Assembly (NCBI GenBank): GCA_050951325.1
Contig: JBMNIW010000012.1
Location: forward strand, 187,439 to 251,438
Origin: Clostridia bacterium
GTDB taxonomy: Bacteria > Bacillota > Clostridia > UBA1212 > DUPL01
DNA: 64,000 bases
Direction: 5' to 3'
The notes under the pieces are model-generated. The model made no database searches and was not told where the DNA came from. It saw only the letters and a program-made list of their open reading frames with translations. The stretch's first letter is position 1. Every line of letters begins with the position of its first letter. Both the position numbers and the translations under genes were made by a program. This document shows positions 1-8,708 of this stretch, piece after piece.

Positions 1-777
1 AGTGGAGCTTCCGTTAATTATCGGAAAGAAAAATATACCGGGTAATACACCTGAAAGATACAGGTTGACCGGATGTACAAAACTAAGGCATAATCCGGTT
101 ACTATACTAACTACAGCAGCTTTAGCTGGAGTAATTTTAAGATAGTTTATATACTCCTTATCCTTCTTTCTGGATTTCAAATAAATAAGATAAGAAACAA
201 CACTCATATTAATAAATGCTACAAAGAGCATAAAGAATCTTTCATCAGAATGCTGAGAGCTCTGATGCATCTTTTGTAAAATACCAGTCAATCCTGCAAA
301 AATGAATAAAGCAAATGCAAATCCAAACCATTTCAATGTTACTTTCTCCATATGTTTTAAGTCAGCACCGATAACAAAGCTAATAGCTATTATAAAAGCA
401 GCTATGATCTGCAGTATTGAAATATCTTCTTTCCAGAAGATAACACCTGCAATTGCAGGAATAAGCATACCACAGGAGCCAAACATAACAGTACATGCCA
501 TTGAACCATGTTTCAATGCCTGAATATTTGAAAATATCGATAAGAAAGTAATTGCCATAAAAGCAATACCAAACAGAAAAGTAAACAAGGATACATTCCC
601 GTCCCTAATAGTAAGAACAAGAAACACCAGTGCCCCAACCAAGGACACTGATGCATTGAATAAGAAGAAATCCGAAGAATTCTTCATCATCTTTTTACTA
701 AAGACATTTGAAAACGAACTATATAGAACAGAAACACAAACTGACATGAACAGCAAAATGTATTCCATAAAACCTCC
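1..777 (-). CDS. DMT-superfamily (EamA-like) membrane transporter, 3'-truncated by window edge; start ATG at 775-777
   Basis: Open frame on minus strand from 777 to window start, not in ORF track because incomplete; translated product is ~10 hydrophobic helices (MEYILLFMSVCVSVLYSS...); RBS-like GGAGG just upstream (rc of 780-786). Confidence 0.5.
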
Positions 778-875
778 TAAATAATTAACAGGTAATATTA
801 CTTTAGATTAACCTGTTTTCCTGACGATGTAAAACCGTCTACTCATTATTGCATATTTATGCTCTTTTTAAAACA

Positions 876-1913
876 CTAATTTACATCGGAAGGAAAAACT
901 ATTTGAGGTTTAAGAATAATCTCTTTATCTTCAGTTTCGTGACATAAATGCCTGTAAACCAACTCGGTTACTGTTTTACCCTGCAGAAATGGATTCTGAA
1001 AAATAGCAGCACGAATTGCTCTTGTTTTAAGAAATCTTGCAGTATCCTCTAATAGATCCGTAGCAACAATATTTAAAGAATCAAGTGGTCTTAAATCTCT
1101 CATAACACGAAGAGCAGTTTCAGATGAAGCCGTTGCCAAATAAACACCCGAAACATCAGGATGTTCATTAAGCATTTTTCTTGTTGTCTCCTCTACCAGG
1201 TGGGCTTCATCATAATGAGTATATACCTCAACTGATTCAAATGGACATTCTTCATTTATTTTTCCGAACCCTTTCAGGTATCCTTTATGAGGTGTCATAG
1301 TAGTAGTTCCTATAAGTATCCCTACCTTTTTTCCGGGACAGCAAAGATTCATTATCTCGCCGGCTAAATGCCCTACCACTTCTGAATCAATTCCAACGTG
1401 AAGTACATCTACACCGCTAACACGTGAAGTAACACAAGCAACCAGGATCTTCTTTGCCTGCAATTTCAGCACATAATTTTTCATGGTATCATCATCAGAT
1501 GCTGAATGCAAAATAACTGCGTCAATTTCTTCATTTATATACTGTTTTGCAGTCTCGTCAAGTTTGGAACTAAAATCTTCACTATATGGATTTAATGTTG
1601 TAAAATAGTCTCCAACTATATTAAACTCCCCTATTTGCTCTAAACTACTCCTGATCCCTGCTATAACATCTTTCCCGAACTCATGCACAGTACAACAGTC
1701 TATTACAGCGATATGAAATGTCTTGCGTCTCATACTCTGTGCTACAGGATTAAGCTTAAAGTTCATCTTCTCCGCCATTTCTAACACTCTTTTTTTAGTC
1801 TCAGGGCTGATATCCGGTTTATCATGAAGAGCCCGGTTGACTGTACCGCTTGATACTCCTAAAGCTTTAGCAAGATCATATATCGTAGGTATTTTCTTTT
1901 TGTTTGTAGCCAT
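876..1913 (-). CDS. LacI-family transcriptional repressor
   Basis: N-terminal HTH 'TIYDLAKALGVSSGTVNRALHDKPDISPETKKRV' typical of LacI/GalR family followed by periplasmic-binding-protein-like sugar-binding core. Confidence 0.9.
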   Translation of the reverse strand: MATNKKKIPTIYDLAKALGVSSGTVNRALHDKPDISPETKKRVLEMAEKMNFKLNPVAQSMRRKTFHIAVIDCCTVHEFGKDVIAGIRSSLEQIGEFNIVGDYFTTLNPYSEDFSSKLDETAKQYINEEIDAVILHSASDDDTMKNYVLKLQAKKILVACVTSRVSGVDVLHVGIDSEVVGHLAGEIMNLCCPGKKVGILIGTTTMTPHKGYLKGFGKINEECPFESVEVYTHYDEAHLVEETTRKMLNEHPDVSGVYLATASSETALRVMRDLRPLDSLNIVATDLLEDTARFLKTRAIRAAIFQNPFLQGKTVTELVYRHLCHETEDKEIILKPQIVFPSDVN

Positions 1914-1998
1914 TTAATTTTACTCCTTAAAAATGGTATAAAGTAATTATATATGTGTGAATTACAATGTCAAATGTGTTGAATACAAGCAGTTATGG

Positions 1999-2035
1999 AA
2001 AGCGAGATATTTCATATCCGGCAATATCTCGCTTT
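1999..2035. terminator. Bidirectional stem-loop (12-bp perfect stem AAAGCGAGATAT / ATATCTCGCTTT, 13-nt loop) between NPCBM operon end and lacI-family gene
   Basis: Inverted repeat read directly; T-tract follows on plus strand, AAA/TTT built into stem ends. Confidence 0.4.
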
Positions 2036-2072
2036 TACATTTTTATCTCAGCTCATTAAAGCTGATATATAT

Positions 2073-3479
2073 TTAAGCAATCACTTTTCTTCTAAATATC
2101 ACAGCACCTGAAATTGCAAAGAATAAAACTGTAAGAATACCAATCCAGCTGCTGTCCCCAGTCGAAGGATTCTCTGTAATGGGAGCATCAAGAGGCATAT
2201 TAAACATCATCAGATTAACCCAATCACTGGCATCACAGGTAATACCATCTACATCATTAACTTTAAGCTGAACTGTCTTTACTCCGTCAAGACTTATAAT
2301 ATAATGAAAACAAGTGCCATAGAAAACATTACCGGAATCAGCAACCGTAACCCCGTCTGCTAAAACATTAAAAGAAACTGCACATTGGTTAAGCATAGCT
2401 TCGACACCCCATGCATTGGTACAGGATAAATCCTTACCACATGTTATCGTCATATACTTATAACCACAACCCTCAACATTTAAATCAATTATCGCGCCTG
2501 AACCATCTGCAGCAGGATGTACACCAAATCCGGAGGTATACTGTTTTCCTGCTATATTTAGTTCTCCTCCATCACAGTTCTTATTTACACCTGGATTTGC
2601 AGTATATCCTGAGTAATTTGAAATTAAAGAATCTGTTACATACTCAGCTTCATCAGTAACATAAATCTCAAACCGGCACGTTTTACCCTTTGTTGTAACA
2701 GTAACATTTTGCTTCCCTGCATTCGAAAGATCATACCCTGAAAGCATTGATTCTGAGAGTTCCGTAACAGTGCTTGATCCATCAGAATAATTGATCTTTA
2801 CCATTGCACCGTTAATATCAAGCTGCTCATTAACCTTATATGCACACCTTGGCAAATTAGCCATTTCTATTCCTGTTACTGTGAGTTTTACAAGTTTTGC
2901 ATCTGCCCAGGCTGTAGTATCACAGTAAATTCCATCTCCGCCATCACCACTGACGATCTTAAGTTCCTTTGCATCTGTAATATCAACATCTATAGTATAT
3001 GTTGACGGATATGGCAGATTTCCACTTGATACTATAAGTACGCCATCTACATATACCTGTACATTAATATTTGTTCCGACAATTCCTTCTTCACCTACAG
3101 CTGCACCGGCAGATTTATCTTTACCAACAATAGCTCTAAAGTTTGTATATCCCAGTCCATCAATGTTGTATGTAACAGTCCCGGGACCATTAAAACCGGG
3201 ATGTGTGATCAATCCCTTATCATACTCCGTACCACCGATATTGATTTTCCCGCCTGATTCAGTCTTGTCATTTATAAATAGCAGACAGTTCTCATCAGCC
3301 ACTCCGTTCATGTCACTAAGATATGTTACATTCTCTGCATAATTTGCGACCGGTGCGGTGTGGGCAGTAATCAGGTTCATGTCACTAAGATATGTTACAT
3401 TCTCTGCATAAGTTGATACGACACATAATGCGATCACAAAAAATGCACATAGTGTTATTAGAATACTCTTCTTTTTCAC
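2073..3479 (-). CDS. Secreted surface protein with two NPCBM/NEW2 (CBM51-like) carbohydrate-binding modules separated by an Ig-like (Big_3-like) module; C-terminal sortase-like sorting signal (NPSTG + TM + RRK)
   Basis: Signal peptide MKKKSILITLCAFFVIALCVVSTYA; NPCBM hallmarks 'YLSDMN...GLGY...YVDGVL...DTTAWADAKL' present twice; C-term 'ENPSTGDSSWIGILTVLFFAISGAVIFRRKVIA'. Confidence 0.75.
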   Translation of the reverse strand: MKKKSILITLCAFFVIALCVVSTYAENVTYLSDMNLITAHTAPVANYAENVTYLSDMNGVADENCLLFINDKTESGGKINIGGTEYDKGLITHPGFNGPGTVTYNIDGLGYTNFRAIVGKDKSAGAAVGEEGIVGTNINVQVYVDGVLIVSSGNLPYPSTYTIDVDITDAKELKIVSGDGGDGIYCDTTAWADAKLVKLTVTGIEMANLPRCAYKVNEQLDINGAMVKINYSDGSSTVTELSESMLSGYDLSNAGKQNVTVTTKGKTCRFEIYVTDEAEYVTDSLISNYSGYTANPGVNKNCDGGELNIAGKQYTSGFGVHPAADGSGAIIDLNVEGCGYKYMTITCGKDLSCTNAWGVEAMLNQCAVSFNVLADGVTVADSGNVFYGTCFHYIISLDGVKTVQLKVNDVDGITCDASDWVNLMMFNMPLDAPITENPSTGDSSWIGILTVLFFAISGAVIFRRKVIA

Positions 3480-4774
3480 TTTCTTCTACCTCCCTTTTTG
3501 AAAGCAATAACTATAACCACGACCACAGCAATAACTACAGCAATTATTGGGATTATATAAATATAGCTGCCTGATCCTTTATCTTTACTGTCAGAGTTTT
3601 TAGGTGTACCTTCTCCAGGTTTAATTGATGCAGTTTTATCAGGTATTGCAGGAGTAGCTGTCGGTTCAGGAGTTTTGTAAATCTCATTAACATCAGTTAA
3701 CTTAGATACACATGCACCACCCCAACAGGACATATCTCCCATGATGTTGTCACCTGCATTTGTAACTTCCAGCCTTAGGACTTTTGCATCCGTCACATCC
3801 ACCTGAATGAATTGCGGATCAAGCCAGTTGCCATTCTCGTCAGTCGCTTTGATAATCTCACTTTCATATTTAAGAACGTCGTCGCAATATACCTTGCATA
3901 CTATGGTACCCATGGTTAAATCCGCCGACATGGAGTAGCAGATTCCTATGTACGAATTAAATGTTTTGAATCCAAGACCTTCAATATCAACTTCCACAAA
4001 AGCGTTTGAGGCACCGGACACTGCATGGAACGATATGCCTTTTTCGTAGTAATTCAAATTGATATACAGTTCTTCACCTGCAATATTTTCATCAAGACCT
4101 AACGTATCTCTGTATGCATTAAAGTTCCGTATAACCATATCACTTAGATATACCGTGGTTTTGTTCTTGAACTCTGGATTCTGAGTTGGGACAGGGGTAG
4201 GTTCCGGTGTGGGTTCGGGAGTCTTTTGCTGAGGGATGTCAGATTCACTATTTAGTAGACGGGCATCAGCCCAAGCAGTAGCATCACAGTAAATTGTGTC
4301 TCCGCCATCCAATGTTACAAGTTTTAGTTCCTTTGCCCCTTTTATATCGACTATAAAGACATATGTGTCGGGATAGGCAAGCTCTCCGCTGTCTGCTTTT
4401 AGTACACCATCGACATATACCTGCATTTGCACTTTTGTGCCCCTGATTCCAGAATCTCCGCCAACCTGATAACCTGCTGAAGCATCCTTTCCACCGACTG
4501 CATAGAATATCGAGTATCCAAGACCTTCGATGTTGTATGTAAGTTCACTTGGACCTTCATATCCCGGGTGTGTGACAACCCCTTTATCATACTCGACGCC
4601 GCCAACTTTGATTATCGTATCCCTTTCTGTAACATCGTTAAGATACAAAAGGGCATGTTCGTTTTTTGTTGCGGACATGTCGCTGAGATACCTGCCGTTG
4701 GCTTTGGCGATAACAGGTATCAGTAACGCGGCTATTATCAGAATTAGTACCGGTAAAATTCTTTTCATGTTCAT
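3476..4774 (-). CDS. Secreted surface protein with two NPCBM (CBM51-like) modules, Pro/Thr linker (TPEPTPEPTPVPT) and C-terminal TM anchor
   Basis: Signal peptide; 'RYLSDMS...GLGY...QVYVDGVL...DATAWADARLL' and second copy 'VYLSDMV...'; 4-bp overlap (ATGA) with downstream gene => operon. Confidence 0.75.
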   Translation of the reverse strand: MNMKRILPVLILIIAALLIPVIAKANGRYLSDMSATKNEHALLYLNDVTERDTIIKVGGVEYDKGVVTHPGYEGPSELTYNIEGLGYSIFYAVGGKDASAGYQVGGDSGIRGTKVQMQVYVDGVLKADSGELAYPDTYVFIVDIKGAKELKLVTLDGGDTIYCDATAWADARLLNSESDIPQQKTPEPTPEPTPVPTQNPEFKNKTTVYLSDMVIRNFNAYRDTLGLDENIAGEELYINLNYYEKGISFHAVSGASNAFVEVDIEGLGFKTFNSYIGICYSMSADLTMGTIVCKVYCDDVLKYESEIIKATDENGNWLDPQFIQVDVTDAKVLRLEVTNAGDNIMGDMSCWGGACVSKLTDVNEIYKTPEPTATPAIPDKTASIKPGEGTPKNSDSKDKGSGSYIYIIPIIAVVIAVVVVIVIAFKKGGRRK

Positions 4775-4786
4775 ACTGCCACTCCT

Positions 4787-6826
4787 TTATTCCGCATTTT
4801 CTATAAACAGGACCATTGCATAACGAACTTCGGGCAACGTTAACGTCAATCCTTCGTCTAGAAGCACCTTGCCACTGACTGTAGTCTCAAATGTTCCATC
4901 GGTGTCATAAACTCGGTACATCCTGTCAGGATTCACACCGTGGAACCTTATATTTTTCTGTGGTTCGGTGCTTTCTGAAGGTCTGAACACCTGTGCAACT
5001 CCAGAGTCCCTTTCAGGGCTGAAGTATTGATATGCCCTCCATTCGGCACTTGAATTGTTCCATGGGGTAAGTGGGTAGAAGTCGTCGTAGAAGTATGTAG
5101 AAACCTTTCTCCACTCATTTACAAGCTTTTTCACCAAGTCCCAGTCGGTACTCTTACTCATGGTGTTTACTGAAAGAGGGAAGATTTGAGTGTAGCAACT
5201 ACGGGCCCTGTAGGTAAGGCTGCCTGCCGAATCGTCACCATAAATCCAGAACTTGATGTATGGAAACCACTGCATTACAGTCAGCATGGTTGCCTGCCTT
5301 TCATCGTAACCGTCAGGATTTCCATCCCAATAGTCACTGATTTGCAGCGGTACGGATCTTCTCATTGTTTCCAAATCATTTCTTCCTCCACCTGATGCAC
5401 AGGAGTCTATCCAGATTTCAGGAAAGGTTTCAATAATTGTGTCCCACATTTCAAGGTAGCCCATAACATATCTGTTCTCTATGTATCCTGTCCTGTTTTC
5501 AGTATCATGCTCCCTCCATACCGGACCGGGATCCACATTAAAATCCTGCCTGTAAATGGCTATGTTTGCTTCCTTTATGATTTTCGTAATCCTGTTCAGA
5601 ATCCATTCACGGCATTGTGGGTTTCCAAGATCCATCAGCTGCCCTTCAAGCCATGTTCCTTTGGCTGCTGTTCCTAGGAACCATGAAGGATCAAAGTCGT
5701 TTATATTGTTCAGAAACTGGTCCTTGTTGACTCTTACGACTTCGGGTTCAAACCATAGGAGCAGTTTGCCACCTGTCTTTGCAAGCTCTTCCGATATGGA
5801 CGCAAAGCGGTCCGGGAATCTTTTTTCGTCAATCATCAATGTGCCGGTTAACGGCCATTCAACAGTATTGCCCTCAGCGTCCGTGTACCATCCTGCATCC
5901 ATCCAGTAGCAGTCAAGAGGTACTCCATGGTCTGCGTAAGCCTTAATCTTTCGAATTATGTCATTTGTTGTCAATCCTTGTGTCAGAGCAAAGTCAACAA
6001 AGAGTGGAGGCATGTTTTCTCCATTCACTTTTCTCATGTTGCAGTCAATAAACCATTTGCGCCAGATGTTAAGGTTTGAATTGTCGTCACGGGTATTAAA
6101 ATTGAGTATGGCTACAAGTGGGGTTCTAATTGTCTCGCCGGGATTAAGGTATGTCGAAATGTCCATTTGTCCCCCTGAAAAATGCACCTCATCACCATTG
6201 GCACTTGCTTGCATTTTCCAGCATCCGGGCCATCCAATAGCTATAAATGAGCCACCTTTGCCATATTCAAGTTTGAAATATGGAAAGACCCCATGAGTTG
6301 GCCTGCCGGATGTGGACTCTCTGCTGAAAGTTACACCATCAACAAGCTTAATCTCATATGGAGAATACATGTCTTTGCCCAAGTCCCCGCTGATACCTTT
6401 AATTATCGGGTCCTCACCTTTAAAGTACATGTCAATTGCATTGATGTCAGAAAAGACACCTGTAGTTTTATCTGTATTGTTTGTGATGTATAAGGTGTAA
6501 TCCCATGCGTTATAATCCTTATACACACAGGTCTCCAACCTGAACTCTGCACCACTTGGCTCGTGTGTCATATACACTACAGTTACTTTTCCATTACTGT
6601 CCTTGTCATACCTGTCACGTTTTACTTCTGAGAAATCCTCTTTAAATCCCCTGTAGCTTTTCCCGTCATATTTAAAAGTAATAGGGAATTCCCCGAGGTT
6701 CGTTAAATAGTTGTTATACTCTGTCATTGTTTCTTCCCCCTTATCATTTTTACTTACACATGCCACCATCAAACTAACCATGCATAGCAGCATTACTGTC
6801 ATTATGAACCTGCGCAAATCATACAC
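4787..6826 (-). CDS. GH36-like (clan GH-D) alpha-galactosidase / alpha-N-acetylgalactosaminidase-type glycoside hydrolase, lipoprotein
   Basis: Motifs WMDAGWY, LWFEPEVV, RQDFNVD, DSCASGGGR (C-x-G-G-G-R of GH36); lipobox LMVAC near N-term; annotated start is GTG with GGAG immediately adjacent, internal ATG (MTVMLLCMVSLMVAC) at ~6802 may be true start. Confidence 0.65.
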   Translation of the reverse strand: MYDLRRFIMTVMLLCMVSLMVACVSKNDKGEETMTEYNNYLTNLGEFPITFKYDGKSYRGFKEDFSEVKRDRYDKDSNGKVTVVYMTHEPSGAEFRLETCVYKDYNAWDYTLYITNNTDKTTGVFSDINAIDMYFKGEDPIIKGISGDLGKDMYSPYEIKLVDGVTFSRESTSGRPTHGVFPYFKLEYGKGGSFIAIGWPGCWKMQASANGDEVHFSGGQMDISTYLNPGETIRTPLVAILNFNTRDDNSNLNIWRKWFIDCNMRKVNGENMPPLFVDFALTQGLTTNDIIRKIKAYADHGVPLDCYWMDAGWYTDAEGNTVEWPLTGTLMIDEKRFPDRFASISEELAKTGGKLLLWFEPEVVRVNKDQFLNNINDFDPSWFLGTAAKGTWLEGQLMDLGNPQCREWILNRITKIIKEANIAIYRQDFNVDPGPVWREHDTENRTGYIENRYVMGYLEMWDTIIETFPEIWIDSCASGGGRNDLETMRRSVPLQISDYWDGNPDGYDERQATMLTVMQWFPYIKFWIYGDDSAGSLTYRARSCYTQIFPLSVNTMSKSTDWDLVKKLVNEWRKVSTYFYDDFYPLTPWNNSSAEWRAYQYFSPERDSGVAQVFRPSESTEPQKNIRFHGVNPDRMYRVYDTDGTFETTVSGKVLLDEGLTLTLPEVRYAMVLFIENAE

Positions 6827-6842
6827 CTCCGACTGTTTTTTC

Positions 6843-6854
6843 GTAATCGATTAC
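6843..6854. promoter_or_regulatory. Perfect 12-bp palindrome GTAATCGATTAC (central CG) - candidate LacI-family operator O2
   Basis: Reverse complement identical; lies between promoter and start codon of GH36/NPCBM operon. Confidence 0.45.
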
Positions 6855-6891
6855 ATTTTGAAGTAAAAATTATTTGCTTGCAATATCGATT

Positions 6892-6907
6892 CCGTAATCT
6901 ATTACGG
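6892..6907. promoter_or_regulatory. Near-palindrome CCGTAATCTATTACGG - candidate LacI-family operator O1 sharing GTAATC...ATTAC half-sites with 6843-6854
   Basis: Half-sites identical to the 12-bp palindrome; located at about +3..+18 relative to predicted TSS. Confidence 0.4.
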
Positions 6908-6917
6908 TGTTAACAGA

Positions 6918-6946
6918 ATAATAACACCACAGAAGTTCATTGTCAA
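6918..6946 (-). promoter_or_regulatory. Sigma-A-type promoter for GH36/NPCBM operon: -35 TTGACA (rc of 6941-6946), 17-bp spacer, -10 TATTAT (rc of 6918-6923)
   Basis: Hexamers and spacing read on minus strand. Confidence 0.4.
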
Positions 6947-7085
6947 CAACTTTTTAAAATAACTTTATAAATTTCTTCGTTCTTTTACTTAAAACTATTA
7001 TTGCGAAACCTAAAGTGCACTTTGAAATGTTTCTGGCAAAGCAAAAAAGTAAATCAAGATGGTATGCTGTTAATAGCACTCATAG

Positions 7086-7119
7086 AAAAACGACCACACA
7101 AGTCCGTGTGATCGTTTTT
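7086..7119. terminator. Rho-independent terminator of the surface-protein operon (10-bp stem with 1 mismatch ACGACCACAC/GTGTGATCGT, flanked by A5 and T5 => bidirectional)
   Basis: Hairpin plus T-run on minus strand immediately downstream of 7214 gene. Confidence 0.6.
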
Positions 7120-7213
7120 CTGCACTTTATTGACATTTGAACTATCTACTTTACAGGGTGCATATCAAATACGCTGCAATAATCAGATAAGAAATACACC
7201 ATGATCAGCCGAT

Positions 7214-8203
7214 CTATCTGTAGCTTCTTTTCTTAATAAAAAACCCAAGAGCAAAGCCAGCAAGTATGCCAAATACTGCTACAATAATAAAAGGAGCAAA
7301 GCTTGTCTTCTTATCCTCTTTGCTATCATAAGGCTTTTCAGGTGTTGGTGAAGGTGTAACTTCAACCTTATCTTCTTCCTTTACTTCTACACCATCTGAT
7401 ATTATTTCTCCCTCATATGTTCCTGTACCGGTGACTCTTACAGTTATCGTTTTACCTACATCCGCTTTTGATACATTGTATACCTGACCCTGACCGACTA
7501 AATCATTACCGGAATACCAGGTATATGTAACTGTTGCATTACTGTCTGAAAGCTCTGCATTTGCAGTAATCGTTTCACCAACCGATGCATTGCCGGTTAT
7601 ACTTACCTTCCCGGAAATTGTTACTTTAATAGGATCTTCAGTATCTGCAAACTCAGGTATCTTACCATCAAACTCTTTCATTCTGAATACATGAATAGTA
7701 TACTCCTTTTTTGAGCCATCTTCTGCTGTACCTGCAATTGTTAATTTATTATCTCCAACTGATAAACTAAATGTCTTTTCTGCTGCATTCTGTCCCTTGG
7801 AATCCTTAGCTTTGCCGCTTATTCTAATACTTGCTGTTTCATAAGGTACAAACACAATATAATCAGTGCGATCACTATTAAACACGGGAGATAAGAAACC
7901 TGTACTCAAAGTTATCTCAGATAGTCTTGCATCACTATTTGGTTTATAATTAGGATCCTGTTCCCTTGTTACTTTGATTGTGTACGTTTTCTTAGTACCA
8001 TTCTCTGCAGTAACAACAATGGATATATCATTACTACCTACAGCAAGATTAGGATTGTTAACTGCCACAGTTGCTTTGGAATCTTCAGCTACCGCACTTA
8101 TATTAAGCTTTGATACAGAGTAAGGAACAGTAGTTGTATATGATGTAGTGTTCTTATTGAACGCAGGAGATAGCGTTGCATTACTTACAGTCAAAGACTG
8201 CAA
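7214..8203 (-). CDS. Two cadherin-like beta-sandwich domains + Ig-like repeat + Pro/Thr linker + C-terminal TM anchor (KKRSYR); no own ATG/RBS/signal peptide - probably C-terminal continuation of cohesin ORF 8191..8691 via a 1-nt frameshift
   Basis: 'LQSLTVSNATLSPAF...YTTTV...ISIVVTAENGTKKTYTIKV' repeated twice (cadherin-like PF12733 pattern); ORF-track 'M' is a TTG right after an in-frame stop. Confidence 0.55.
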   Translation of the reverse strand: MQSLTVSNATLSPAFNKNTTSYTTTVPYSVSKLNISAVAEDSKATVAVNNPNLAVGSNDISIVVTAENGTKKTYTIKVTREQDPNYKPNSDARLSEITLSTGFLSPVFNSDRTDYIVFVPYETASIRISGKAKDSKGQNAAEKTFSLSVGDNKLTIAGTAEDGSKKEYTIHVFRMKEFDGKIPEFADTEDPIKVTISGKVSITGNASVGETITANAELSDSNATVTYTWYSGNDLVGQGQVYNVSKADVGKTITVRVTGTGTYEGEIISDGVEVKEEDKVEVTPSPTPEKPYDSKEDKKTSFAPFIIVAVFGILAGFALGFFIKKRSYR

Positions 8204-8691
8204 GAAGCTGTTCGCGTCGATTTCGGTGCAGCTATTGAGAAAGAATATTTAACATTGGTTGGCTGCACGTCTGTGTTTCCATCTGTGTATTCCAGTTTTG
8301 TTGTACTGATTTCCACATTAGTGCCTGTAGCAAGACTATTAACCTTAAAGGTCATAGAGAACAAATCTTTAGTACTGTTAACAGGTGTTGTCTGTGCGTT
8401 ATCATACGCAATAAACTTCACTGTGCCGGCTGTATTGTTAAACTCTACAAGCCAGGGGGAACCAATTATCTGAGCAGTAGATGTTAATGTAAGTTTGCTG
8501 CTGTCATATTTTAATTCTCCGCTGGCACCTAATATACCACTTCCGCCGATTCTAAATGTAACTGTAATTGTGTCTCCCGACCGTACGGTAGACGGACCAC
8601 TTAGAGCTGCAGTCGGACTTGCCGCATTTACACCTATTGCCGGTAATAGAATAACTGTTATGATAATCATTAATACAATAAACTTTTTCAT
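8191..8691 (-). CDS. Secreted cohesin-domain protein (signal peptide + single cohesin module)
   Basis: Signal peptide MKKFIVLMIIITVILLPAIGVNA; beta-rich ~140-aa module 'GDTITVTFRIGGSGILGASGELKYDSSKLTLTS...TFKVNSLATGTNVEIST' resembling type-I cohesin; strong RBS GGAGG 9 nt upstream. Confidence 0.55.
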   Translation of the reverse strand: MKKFIVLMIIITVILLPAIGVNAASPTAALSGPSTVRSGDTITVTFRIGGSGILGASGELKYDSSKLTLTSTAQIIGSPWLVEFNNTAGTVKFIAYDNAQTTPVNSTKDLFSMTFKVNSLATGTNVEISTTKLEYTDGNTDVQPTNVKYSFSIAAPKSTRTASCSL

Positions 8692-8708
8692 ATATATTTA
8701 CCTCCTCA

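Noticed and set aside
302-523. 73-aa plus-strand ORF
   Set aside because: It lies antisense inside the minus-strand membrane-transporter gene, which is open from 777 to the window start, and it has no RBS.
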